From NCBI GenBank assembly GCA_903881535.1, contig CAIRTT010000055.1, forward strand, positions 1 through 58,391: a DNA stretch of 58,391 bases. The letters are read 5' to 3'. Positions 43,710 through 52,447 of this stretch are shown in pieces (position 1 is the first letter of the stretch; each line of letters starts with the position of its first letter). The stretch is from an uncultured Armatimonadetes bacterium. Its GTDB lineage: Bacteria; Armatimonadota; Armatimonadia; Armatimonadales; Armatimonadaceae. Under the pieces are notes generated by a model. It saw only the letters and a list, made by a program, of their open reading frames with translations, ran no database searches and was not told the origin of the DNA. The position numbers were made by a program, and so were the translations under genes.

Positions 43710-44636
43710 ATGGCTATAGAAACCCCCGATTCTCAATTGGAATTTGACTTAGGAGCCGACGAGTCTGCGGCAGACGTAGTTATTGACACTGCGCCTCCGC
43801 AAGAAGACGGCTCCCTGTCCCTTTCCCCTGCCTCAGAGCAGGACAGTAAGCACCGCAGCGAGTTGGACCAAGTCAATGACAACGTCCAAAAGCGGATTGC
43901 TAAGCTAACAGGCCGCATGCGTGAAGCAGAGCGCCGTGAGCAGGCGGCAATCGAGTATGCCCGCGGCCTGCAGTCCCAAACCCAGCAGTTGGAACAGAAG
44001 TTAGTGAACACTGACTACAGCCGACTGAATGAGGCCAAGACCCGTTTAGATACTCAGCAAGCCACCCTCAAACAGATCATTCGCAAGGCGCGTGAAGAGG
44101 GTGACTACGACACTGAGGTGGAAGCACAAGAACGGCTGACCAATTTGACGCTTGAGCAGCGTCAAGTGGCTGGTTGGTTGCAGACGCAACAACAGCATGT
44201 CGAAAACTACCAGCGAAACCCTGCCCAGCAGTACCAGCCGCAGGCCCAGCAGCCTGCAAAGCCTGCTCCTAGCGAAAAAGCGGAGGGCTGGGCGGCTCGT
44301 AACTCTTGGTTTGGCCAGGATCGTGTGCTAACCTATGGTGCATGGGGAATCCATCAAACTCTTGTTGAACAAGAGGGGGTTGACCCAGAATCAGATGAGT
44401 ACTACACTGAACTTGACCGTCGTCTTCGGGATGAATTCCCGAAACGCTTTGCCGGTGAAAGCCAGCAACAAAGCCAATCCAGACAACAGCGTTCCGCACC
44501 CGCTGTTGCCCCTGCAACCCGTAGTTCGGGAGTGAATAGTGTGCGCCGTACTGTCCGGCTATCGCCGAGTCAGGTTGCTATTGCAAAAAAATTGGGTGTT
44601 CCTATTGAGGAATACGCCAAGTACGTGAAGGAATGA
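43710..44636 (+). CDS. scaffolding protein (candidate)
   Basis: 308 aa, coiled-coil and Gln/Glu-rich, placed between the portal and capsid genes. Confidence 0.55.
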   Translation: MAIETPDSQLEFDLGADESAADVVIDTAPPQEDGSLSLSPASEQDSKHRSELDQVNDNVQKRIAKLTGRMREAERREQAAIEYARGLQSQTQQLEQKLVNTDYSRLNEAKTRLDTQQATLKQIIRKAREEGDYDTEVEAQERLTNLTLEQRQVAGWLQTQQQHVENYQRNPAQQYQPQAQQPAKPAPSEKAEGWAARNSWFGQDRVLTYGAWGIHQTLVEQEGVDPESDEYYTELDRRLRDEFPKRFAGESQQQSQSRQQRSAPAVAPATRSSGVNSVRRTVRLSPSQVAIAKKLGVPIEEYAKYVKE

Positions 44637-45118
44637 ACATGAGCAAAATTACCATCGACAGAGCCGAACGCGGTGAGGAATCCCGTGATAAAGCAGTTCG
44701 TCGCAAGCCTTGGACACCCCCTTCTCGCTTGGACACACCTCCCGCCCCTGAAGGCTACAAGTACCATTGGATTCGCGCTGAAGTCAATGGTTTCCAGGAT
44801 AAGCAGAACGTGTACTCGCGTCTGCGTGAGGGCTACGAGCTGGTTCGCATCGACGAACTGCCCGCAGCCTACCAAGGGATGATGCCATCTGTTGAAGATG
44901 GCAAACACGCAGGCGTAGTTGCCGTGGGTGGTCTTCTCTTGGGCAAGATTCCGTTGGAAACCGTGGGTGAGCGCAACCAACACTACCGTCAGCGGGCCAG
45001 AGAACAGTTGGAAGCAGTTGACAACGAGATGATGCGAGAAAACGCACACTCTACAATGCGCATTCAGAACCCCGAGAGGAGTTCTAGGACCACTTTTGGT
45101 GGCCGACAGGCTGAGTAA
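44633..45118 (+). CDS. head-module protein, unknown function
   Basis: 161 aa with an ATGA overlap with the scaffold candidate. Confidence 0.5.
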   Translation: MNMSKITIDRAERGEESRDKAVRRKPWTPPSRLDTPPAPEGYKYHWIRAEVNGFQDKQNVYSRLREGYELVRIDELPAAYQGMMPSVEDGKHAGVVAVGGLLLGKIPLETVGERNQHYRQRAREQLEAVDNEMMRENAHSTMRIQNPERSSRTTFGGRQAE

Positions 45119-45153
45119 GCCTAAAGCCATTTTTTAATCTATAGGAGCTTCAC

Positions 45154-45735
45154 ATGGCAAACATGAATAAGCCTTTTGGTTTGCGTCCGATGGGTAACCT
45201 TTCTGCTACTGGTGCACAGAAGCAGTATGGCTACCAAATCGCCGATAACCAATCTGGCGCAATCTTCCAGGGCGACCTGGTTGTCGTCTATGACGGCTAC
45301 ATCATCAAGTACGACGCGGCTACGCACACTGCCCCTACCGGCGTGTTCAACGGTTGCCAATACTTGGATCCTACTCGTGCTAACAAGCCGACATGGAAAA
45401 ACTACTACCCCGGTAGCGTTGACATCACCCAAGGTCAAATTGACTGCGAAGTGGTGGATGACCCAAGCCAGTTGTTCTTGATCCAAGCTGCCGGCACCAT
45501 TGCCCAAGCTGACATCGGCAAAAACGCTGACCCAACCGCAAGCACTACTGGCGATACCACCACTGGTATTTCCAATGCTACATTGGGCACACCCGCAAAG
45601 ACTGCTGCATTGACTATGAAGATTGTTGGCTTGAGCAATGCTCCTGACAACGCTTTGGGCCAATATGCGGTAATGGTTGTTAAACTTAATCAACACCAGT
45701 ACGGTAGCGTCGGTGTTGCTGCTGATGGAGCTTAA
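45154..45735 (+). CDS. capsid decoration/cement protein (tentative)
   Basis: 193 aa with AGGAG upstream, immediately before the major capsid gene. Confidence 0.4.
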   Translation: MANMNKPFGLRPMGNLSATGAQKQYGYQIADNQSGAIFQGDLVVVYDGYIIKYDAATHTAPTGVFNGCQYLDPTRANKPTWKNYYPGSVDITQGQIDCEVVDDPSQLFLIQAAGTIAQADIGKNADPTASTTGDTTTGISNATLGTPAKTAALTMKIVGLSNAPDNALGQYAVMVVKLNQHQYGSVGVAADGA

Positions 45736-45737
45736 TC

Positions 45738-46649
45738 ATGGCAATTACCCGTTCCCAACTTGTAAAAGAACTCGAGCCAGGCCTGAACGCATTGTTTGGT
45801 TTGGAATACAAACGTTATGTCAACGAACACGAAGAGATCTTCTCGATCGAAACGTCTGACCGTGCGTTTGAAGAGGAAGTGATGCTGACCGGCTTCGGTA
45901 CTGCACCTGTGAAGACTGAAGGCGCTGGCGTTCAGTACGATATGGCTCAGGAATCGTTTACCGCTCGGTACACACACGAAACCATTGCTATGGCTTTCGC
46001 CCTGACTGAAGAAGCCGTCGAGGACAACCTCTACGACCGTCTGTCTGGTCGTTACACCAAGGCCTTGGCTCGTTCCATGTCCAACACCAAGCAGGTTAAA
46101 GGTGCTTCTGTGCTGAACAACGCATTTACTGCCGGCAACTATGCTGGTGGTGACGGTGTTGCTTTGTGCTCGACTGCTCACCCCACTGCCATGGGCCCCA
46201 ACTTCGCCAACACGCCTGCTGTGCCTGCTGACTTGAACGAGACTTCTCTCGAGCAAGCCATCATTGACATTGCAGCGTTTACAGACGAACGCGGTTTGAA
46301 GGTTGCTCTGACAGGTCGCAAGATGATTGTGCCTAAAGAGTTGCAGTTCACTGCGGAACGCCTGATGAAGTCCACTTTGCGTACAAGTACTGCTGACAAC
46401 GACATCAACGCGGTCAAGTCCATGGGCTTGATTCCTGAAGGTTTCGCTGTCAACCACTACCTGACAGACATCAACGCTTGGTTCATCATCACTGATGCTC
46501 CAAACGGCTTGAAGATGTTTGAGCGTTCACCAATCAAAACCGCTTTTGAAGGCGACTTTGACACTGGTAACGTGCGCTACAAGGCCCGTGAGCGTTACAG
46601 CTTCGGCTGGTCTGACCCACGCGGTATCTACGGTTCGCCCGGCGCGTAA
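45738..46649 (+). CDS. major capsid protein (HK97-fold type)
   Basis: 303 aa. The N-terminus MAITRSQLVKELEPGLNALFG...FEEEVMLTGFGTAPVKTEGAGVQYD is typical of HK97-like coat proteins. A strong terminator follows. Confidence 0.75.
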   Translation: MAITRSQLVKELEPGLNALFGLEYKRYVNEHEEIFSIETSDRAFEEEVMLTGFGTAPVKTEGAGVQYDMAQESFTARYTHETIAMAFALTEEAVEDNLYDRLSGRYTKALARSMSNTKQVKGASVLNNAFTAGNYAGGDGVALCSTAHPTAMGPNFANTPAVPADLNETSLEQAIIDIAAFTDERGLKVALTGRKMIVPKELQFTAERLMKSTLRTSTADNDINAVKSMGLIPEGFAVNHYLTDINAWFIITDAPNGLKMFERSPIKTAFEGDFDTGNVRYKARERYSFGWSDPRGIYGSPGA

Positions 46650-46697
46650 TATTTCTTCGGAAATATTTGAGAAGGGGGCCTTGTGCCCCCTTTTTAT
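46648..46697 (+). terminator. tandem hairpins after the capsid gene: UUCG-tetraloop hairpin plus rho-independent terminator
   Basis: aatatttc-ttcg-gaaatatt (46648..46667), then aagggggc-cttgt-gccccctt followed by ttttt (46672..46697). Confidence 0.75.
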
Positions 46698-46797
46698 TTG
46701 ATGTATATTGTCTTTAATCCGGGCTCATCCGGTGTTCTAACAGTCCCGGCTGACGACATGCAGACAGAACACCCTCACTTGCATGTAAGGATCTATC

Positions 46798-47319
46798 ATG
46801 GCAAATACCACCTTCACCGGCCCAGTTCGTTCCCTTAACGGCTTTCAGTCCGTCTCCAAAAGCGCAACCACTGGCGCAGTCACCGTAACGGCTACTTTTG
46901 ACGCTACCAGTAGCGTCACCAACTTGACTACTACGGCGCTGGTTTATAGAAACGAAAACCACCCTACAACCGCGGCTATTAACGCTACGGCCACGGCCAC
47001 TGCAGCACAGGTTGCAACTGGCTATATCACTTCCACTTCAGCAGCTCCCACGACCATTACGTTGCCAACAGGGACGCTGCTTGGCGCTGCCCTTGGAGCG
47101 ACCAAAGGCACCAATATAAACCTGTACATTGACAACACCGCTGGCGCGTCTACCGTAACTATTGCTGTAGCTACCAACGGTATTTTGTCCGCTGCCGCTG
47201 CCGCTGGTGCTGGCGCGGGTGCAGGCTTGTTGACTGTTCCTTCTGGTGCAACAGGTTTGGCCCGATTTACGCTGACATTTTCTAGTGCAACAGCTTATGT
47301 GTTCTCGCGTACACTTTAA
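46798..47319 (+). CDS. Thr/Ala-rich structural protein
   Basis: 173 aa. N-terminus is MANTTFTGPVRSLNGF. Confidence 0.5.
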   Translation: MANTTFTGPVRSLNGFQSVSKSATTGAVTVTATFDATSSVTNLTTTALVYRNENHPTTAAINATATATAAQVATGYITSTSAAPTTITLPTGTLLGAALGATKGTNINLYIDNTAGASTVTIAVATNGILSAAAAAGAGAGAGLLTVPSGATGLARFTLTFSSATAYVFSRTL

Positions 47320-47327
47320 TTGATCTA

Positions 47328-47348
47328 GGGGGCCTCGGCCCCCCGTTT
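47328..47348 (+). terminator. GC hairpin with weak T tail
   Basis: gggggc-ctcg-gccccc followed by cgttta. Confidence 0.45.
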
Positions 47349-47363
47349 ACAAGGAGATTAATT

Positions 47364-47867
47364 ATGGGTTTTCAATTTGACGTACTATCCGCGCACCTGA
47401 ACGGGAGTGGCCAGCTTGTCGCAGGCCGCGCCCGTTTAAAAGCGCTGATCCAAATAGGCAGTGCCACAGCAGGCACCGTCAACATTTGGGACACGACAAC
47501 TGCCCCTGCTGCAATGACTTATGCGCGCACGGGCACCACGGTGACGGTCACAAACAATGCTCACGGCCTAGTGACCGGGGATGTAGTTGGTCTAACCTTT
47601 GCCGCAGGCACAGGGGGCACGGCAACAAACGGTAATTATTCAATTACCAAAACTGGGGCCAACACCTACACCGTCGTAGACCTAAACTCCGGTTCCATTA
47701 CCGCGGGGGCAGCGGGAACCCAGGGTACGCGCTGGTTGATGTCGATAGACACCAACGCCACATCAGACGTAGTACCTTTGTTAATCCCCGGGGACGGCAT
47801 AGTTGCCCGAAACGGTATCTATGCCCAACTGAGCAATCAGGCCGGCATCACAATCTTTTACGGTTAA
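47364..47867 (+). CDS. structural protein, unknown function
   Basis: 167 aa with AAGGAG upstream. Confidence 0.5.
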   Translation: MGFQFDVLSAHLNGSGQLVAGRARLKALIQIGSATAGTVNIWDTTTAPAAMTYARTGTTVTVTNNAHGLVTGDVVGLTFAAGTGGTATNGNYSITKTGANTYTVVDLNSGSITAGAAGTQGTRWLMSIDTNATSDVVPLLIPGDGIVARNGIYAQLSNQAGITIFYG

Positions 47868-47877
47868 GGAGTCCATC

Positions 47878-48066
47878 ATGGGACGTGCAGCAAAAATGGC
47901 AGATGATCAGTACCAAGGCGAAGTTCAGCCCGGTGCGCAAAAGCAAGACATGAGCAAAGGCGGTCCCAAGCAGACCCCACGCAAGAATCAATACCAGGCC
48001 CCTAGTGCTTCGGTATCTCCACGTGGTGTTGGCCAAGCCCGCAATAAGCCTTGCAAGATGTACTAA
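47878..48066 (+). CDS. small basic protein
   Basis: 62 aa with AAGGAG upstream. Confidence 0.45.
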   Translation: MGRAAKMADDQYQGEVQPGAQKQDMSKGGPKQTPRKNQYQAPSASVSPRGVGQARNKPCKMY

Positions 48067-48075
48067 AGGAAAGCC

Positions 48076-48234
48076 ATGAAAGCTGGACTGTACGCAAACA
48101 TCCACGCCAAACAGGAGCGCATCAAAGCCGGTAGCGGCGAGAAAATGCGCAAAGTTGGTGTAAAAGGTGCGCCTACAGCAGCCGCTTTCAAGGCATCGGC
48201 TAAAACAGCCAAAAAGCCAAAGGCTCCAAAATGA
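48076..48234 (+). CDS. 52-aa basic protein (conserved GLYANIHAK-type)
   Basis: Hand-translated as MKAGLYANIHAKQERIKAGSGEKMRKVGVKGAPTAAAFKASAKTAKKPKAPK. AAAGGA lies upstream and there is an ATGA overlap with the next gene. Confidence 0.6.
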   Translation: MKAGLYANIHAKQERIKAGSGEKMRKVGVKGAPTAAAFKASAKTAKKPKAPK

Positions 48235-48473
48235 CTTCCCCCGCATGGCAGCGTAAAGAAGGTAAAAACCCTAAAGGCGGCTTGAACGCCAAAGGGCGCG
48301 CTTCTGCTAAGGCCCAGGGCATGAACCTGAAGCCCCCGCAACCTGAGGGTGGTAAACGCAAAGACTCTTTTTGTGCCCGCATGGAGGGCATGAAAGAAAA
48401 GTTGACCAGTGCGAAGACGGCCAAAGACCCGGATTCGCGCATTAACAAGAGCCTGCGGGCATGGAAATGTTAG
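48231..48473 (+). CDS. 80-aa basic protein
   Basis: Reads WQRKEGKNPKGGLNAKGR...SFCARMEGM...DPDSRINKSLRAWKC. Confidence 0.55.
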   Translation: MTSPAWQRKEGKNPKGGLNAKGRASAKAQGMNLKPPQPEGGKRKDSFCARMEGMKEKLTSAKTAKDPDSRINKSLRAWKC

Positions 48474-48713
48474 ATGGACTTGAACACTATTTGGTCAGCG
48501 GCGCTGACTCTTATAACTACGCTCATCGGAATAATGATGAAAGAGAAGTTTGCGGAGCTCAAGCGGCTAGACATTCTTCTCAACAAAACACGAGAGGAAA
48601 TAGCACGTGATTACGTTACTCAAACAGAAATTCAGCGCATTACTGACCACATTGACCAACGGTTTAACCGCCTTGAAGCAAAAATTGACCAGCTTATTCA
48701 AGCGGGGACCTGA
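48474..48713 (+). CDS. small membrane-anchored coiled-coil protein
   Basis: 79 aa with an N-terminal hydrophobic helix (IWSAALTLITTLIGIMM) followed by heptad-like sequence. Confidence 0.5.
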   Translation: MDLNTIWSAALTLITTLIGIMMKEKFAELKRLDILLNKTREEIARDYVTQTEIQRITDHIDQRFNRLEAKIDQLIQAGT

Positions 48714-49099
48714 TGCCAGCTAAATCAGCAAAGCAAAAGCGTCTGATGGATGCAGCGGCCCATAGCCCTGCATTTGCCAAGAAAGTAGGCATCCCACAGT
48801 CTGTGGCGATGGATTTTAGTGAAGCCAGTAAAGGCAGGAAATTCAGAAAAGGTGGCGAAATGAAAAATTGTTACAGCAAGGGTGGCCTGGCTACTCGTGG
48901 CGAAGGCATTGCTAAAAAGGGCTTTGCTAAAGGCGGCATGGCAGAAAAAGGCGTCCAAAAAGGCGGCGTTATCTCTGACCAATCTATGGGCGAAAGCGGC
49001 AAGATGCTGAGCCAGAACGTGCGCAAGAGCGTTCCTGGGGACACGGTTCAAGTCCGTGGTGTTGGCGCAGCTCGCGCGCGCAAGGCAACAATCTATTAA
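48713..49099 (+). CDS. basic protein with KGG repeats
   Basis: 128 aa containing RKGGEM, SKGGLA, AKGGMA and QKGGVI. Confidence 0.5.
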   Translation: MPAKSAKQKRLMDAAAHSPAFAKKVGIPQSVAMDFSEASKGRKFRKGGEMKNCYSKGGLATRGEGIAKKGFAKGGMAEKGVQKGGVISDQSMGESGKMLSQNVRKSVPGDTVQVRGVGAARARKATIY

Positions 49100-49102
49100 G
49101 CC

Positions 49103-49780
49103 ATGACTACTTCCGGCACCTCATCCTTCAACCTGGAATTTGACGACCTCATCAACGAGGCGTATGAACGCTGCGGCATTGAGGTTCGGAATGGTTATGA
49201 CATGAAGACGGCCCTGCGGTCGCTCAATCTGATTTTTGCAGAATGGGCCAACCGCGGGTTGAATTTGTGGACGATTGAGCAGCGCACTCAGGTGCTGACT
49301 CCTGGCCTGTATGTCTATGATTTGCCGGCGGACACCGTGGACGCGTTGTCCGCGGTCATTCGTCAGGGTACGGGGCAGCAGCAGATTGATATTGTGATTG
49401 ATCGAATCAGCCGCGCAGAGTGGTTGCATTTGCCAAACAAGAACACGCAGGCGCGCCCGGCGCAGTACTACATCCAACGCACTGTGCCGGCGCAGGTATA
49501 CCTGTACCCTTCTCCCCCAACCTCTCCTGAATATACGCTGGTGTATTACGCGATCAAACGGATTCAGGACGCGGGGGCGTATACCAACACCGCGGATATT
49601 TCTTTCCGGTTTTTGCCCTGTTTGACTGCTGCTCTGGCTTACTATTTGGCCATTAAAAAGGCTCCGGACCGTGTGCAAATGTTGAAAGCCTTCTACGAAG
49701 AAGAGTTTGCCCGCGCAGCCATGGAAGATCGCGACCGCGCCAGCGTGTATTTGGTGCCTACTTACAGTTCATGGCAGTAA
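49103..49780 (+). CDS. head-tail adaptor (tentative)
   Basis: 225 aa. The call rests on position after the head genes and an N-terminal pattern (LINEAYERCGI...LNLIFAEWANRGLNLW) recalled from adaptor proteins. Confidence 0.45.
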   Translation: MTTSGTSSFNLEFDDLINEAYERCGIEVRNGYDMKTALRSLNLIFAEWANRGLNLWTIEQRTQVLTPGLYVYDLPADTVDALSAVIRQGTGQQQIDIVIDRISRAEWLHLPNKNTQARPAQYYIQRTVPAQVYLYPSPPTSPEYTLVYYAIKRIQDAGAYTNTADISFRFLPCLTAALAYYLAIKKAPDRVQMLKAFYEEEFARAAMEDRDRASVYLVPTYSSWQ

Positions 49781-49781
49781 G

Positions 49782-50282
49782 ATGGGCGCAGGATACGCAT
49801 CAGGCAAGTATGCAATTGCGCTATGCGATCAGTGTGGCCAGCGCTTTAAGCTCAATGCCCTGATCAAGGACTGGAAGGGCTTTAAAGTCTGCCAGGAATG
49901 CTATGAGCCAAAGCATCCACAACTTGAGCCCAAACGCACGATTACGGAGCCCCAAGCCTTGTTCCAGCCCCGCACGGACACCGAGAACCGATTTACTCGT
50001 TGGGGATTCAACACCACAGCCATTTCTGCAGCCTTGTTGCAGGCCGTAAACGTCCAAGAGCCGGGATATTCGTTATTTGTAACCCAGAACATCCAAGGCA
50101 GGCCCTTGGGCGACATCACAGGCACCACAGGGGTTACGATTGCGGACTACAACGCCTACAATGCATGGTTGGCGGGCACTTTGGACAATCAGGCCCAACA
50201 GGGTTATATTGCCAATATCATGTACCCGTACATGTTGGCGTATGAGACCCTGTACAACGATTATCTGACAGGACAGCCATGA
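49782..50282 (+). CDS. zinc-ribbon neck/tail protein
   Basis: Start at MGAGYASGKY. Contains CDQCG...CQEC. Confidence 0.5.
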   Translation: MGAGYASGKYAIALCDQCGQRFKLNALIKDWKGFKVCQECYEPKHPQLEPKRTITEPQALFQPRTDTENRFTRWGFNTTAISAALLQAVNVQEPGYSLFVTQNIQGRPLGDITGTTGVTIADYNAYNAWLAGTLDNQAQQGYIANIMYPYMLAYETLYNDYLTGQP

Positions 50283-50944
50283 ACTATACACAGTTAAAAG
50301 CGGCGATCATTGCTTACACGGAAAATCTGGACGACGACTTTGCCGCAACAATTCCTGTTTTTGTGCAGCAAGCGGAGCAACGGGTGTATAACACAATCCA
50401 GTTTCCCTCCCTGCGGAAAAACATGACAGGGGTCATTAATTCTGGGATCAAATACCTGTCTTGCCCAAATGACTTCCTTTCGGTGTATTCAATTGCCCTG
50501 ATCAGTAGTTCGGGGGTCTATACATACCTTTTAAGCAAAGATGTGAATTACATCCGCGAGGTATACCCAAACCCAACTTCAGCAGCTGCTCCAAAATATT
50601 ACGCATTGTTTGGCCCAACTGTAGCGGGTAGCACTATCACAAATGAATTGTCGTTAATTTTGGGCCCTACTCCAAACGCCACGTATTCAACAGAGCTGCA
50701 TTACTACTACTACCCGGAGTCGATCACCACCGCTGGAACAAGCTGGCTTGGCGACAACTTTGATACGGTGTTGTTGTACGGTTCTTTGATAGAGGCTTAT
50801 ACGTACATGAAGGGGGAGCAGGACATGATGGTTCTGTATAACCAAAAATACATGGAAGCATTGCAGCTGGCCAAGCGCCTGGGCGATGGCTTAGAGCGCC
50901 AAGATGCATACCGGACCGAGCAGGTTCGGGTCCCAGTGACTTAA
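50279..50944 (+). CDS. structural protein, unknown function
   Basis: 221 aa with an ATGA overlap. Confidence 0.5.
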   Translation: MNYTQLKAAIIAYTENLDDDFAATIPVFVQQAEQRVYNTIQFPSLRKNMTGVINSGIKYLSCPNDFLSVYSIALISSSGVYTYLLSKDVNYIREVYPNPTSAAAPKYYALFGPTVAGSTITNELSLILGPTPNATYSTELHYYYYPESITTAGTSWLGDNFDTVLLYGSLIEAYTYMKGEQDMMVLYNQKYMEALQLAKRLGDGLERQDAYRTEQVRVPVT

Positions 50945-50958
50945 GTCAGGAGTTCAAA

Positions 50959-51150
50959 TTGATTGTTACCACCACCAAAGGCGACATGGACGATTCTCTT
51001 CTTGAGAAAAAAGAAGGTTCCGTTGATAATGACGTTGAATATACAACTTGGACTGAATACTGGTTGGATGGTGAACTTGTCCACCGTTCAGCGCATGTAT
51101 CGCTCAAGACTTCCCCTTTCTCTGATCTCGTAGCCGCTTCAATGGCATAA
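50959..51150 (+). CDS. hypothetical protein
   Basis: 63 aa with a TTG start and CAGGAG 6 nt upstream. Confidence 0.4.
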   Translation: MIVTTTKGDMDDSLLEKKEGSVDNDVEYTTWTEYWLDGELVHRSAHVSLKTSPFSDLVAASMA

Positions 51151-51160
51151 AGGAAATATC

Positions 51161-51637
51161 ATGGCAAACACACAATCCATGTGCACCTCGTTCTTGGGCG
51201 AGTTGATGACTGCAACCCATAACTTCGGTGCATCCCCTACTCGTGCAGGCTCTACCGCTGACACGTTTAAAGCTGCTCTGTATTTGGCTTCTGCCACTGT
51301 CAATGCAAGTACTACTGCGTATTCATCTACGGGTGAAGTGACTGGCACAAACTATACCGCTGGCGGCGTATCAATTACTAATGCAACGGCTCCAGCTTCT
51401 ACCAACTCGTCGGTTACGGCGGGCGTAGGGTACTGGACGCCTTCGGCAAACATTGTTTACACGACCGTCACGCTAAGTACCGCGTTTGATACCGTGTTGG
51501 TTTACAACAGCACTCAGTCTAACAAGGCTGTGTCTGTCCATACGTTTGGCTCTCAAACCATTACGGCTGGTACGTTTACATTGACTATGCCATCAAACAC
51601 GACATCCACAGCTTTGCTGCGCTTGTCTACAACCTAA
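51161..51637 (+). CDS. Thr/Ser/Ala-rich tail-associated protein
   Basis: 158 aa with AAAGGA upstream. Confidence 0.5.
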   Translation: MANTQSMCTSFLGELMTATHNFGASPTRAGSTADTFKAALYLASATVNASTTAYSSTGEVTGTNYTAGGVSITNATAPASTNSSVTAGVGYWTPSANIVYTTVTLSTAFDTVLVYNSTQSNKAVSVHTFGSQTITAGTFTLTMPSNTTSTALLRLSTT

Positions 51638-51646
51638 TAGGTTGTT

Positions 51647-52438
51647 ATGTCTCTGGGATGGGGCGACGGCGCTTGGGGTAGCGGGACTTGGGGCGGTGCT
51701 ATACCGCTCACGGGGAATGCTGCTTCCGGCAACGTTGGAACCCCTACCTCAAACATAACGGTAGCCCTCACGGGCGTGGGCGCAGCAGGCGCAGTTGGTA
51801 CGCAGACGGTCAACATCACGATAGCTCTGGCGGGTGTCGGGGCTTCGGGGGTAACGGGATCGGTTGTTGTCAGTAGCACCACCGCTTTGAGCGGTGTGTT
51901 GGCAAGCGGGTTTACAGGCACGGTTGTTGGAGCAAAGGATTTTGCACTGACGGGTGTAGCGGCTTCGGGGGCTGTGGGTACAGTAGTGCCAAGCGCTGCG
52001 GAAGGTGAGGACGGCACATTTGCTTCTGGATTGGTTGGGAACGTAGGACTTAGCGTAACGCTGGCATTGACGGGTGTTAACGCTGCGGGATTGCTGGGAA
52101 CTACGGCGGTTGGCAAGACAGCTAGTTTGACGGGGAACAATGCAACAGGCGCAGTAGGCGCGGTGGCGGTTCCTCTTGGCGGCAACTTAGCAACAGGTGC
52201 TGTTGGATCGGTTACTCAGAACATTACGATTGCGTTGACTGGTGTAGGAACGCAAGGGGCTGTTGGTACAGTTTCCATGACTGGACGAGGCGCAACCCTG
52301 ACGGGCAACGTGGCATCGGGATCATTGGGTACTATGGGTGTGTTTTACTGGAGTTTAATTGATGACAGCGAGACAGCAAACTGGCAGAATGTCGATACCG
52401 CGCAAACCCCCGGCTGGTCGGTTTTAAATACGCAATAA
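51647..52438 (+). CDS. fibre-like protein with about 16-17-aa LTGV-x-A-x-G-x-VGT repeats
   Basis: 263 aa. Starts with N-terminal GWGDGAWGSGTWGG, followed by at least 10 repeat units. Confidence 0.55.
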   Translation: MSLGWGDGAWGSGTWGGAIPLTGNAASGNVGTPTSNITVALTGVGAAGAVGTQTVNITIALAGVGASGVTGSVVVSSTTALSGVLASGFTGTVVGAKDFALTGVAASGAVGTVVPSAAEGEDGTFASGLVGNVGLSVTLALTGVNAAGLLGTTAVGKTASLTGNNATGAVGAVAVPLGGNLATGAVGSVTQNITIALTGVGTQGAVGTVSMTGRGATLTGNVASGSLGTMGVFYWSLIDDSETANWQNVDTAQTPGWSVLNTQ

Positions 52439-52447
52439 GGGTTTTTC

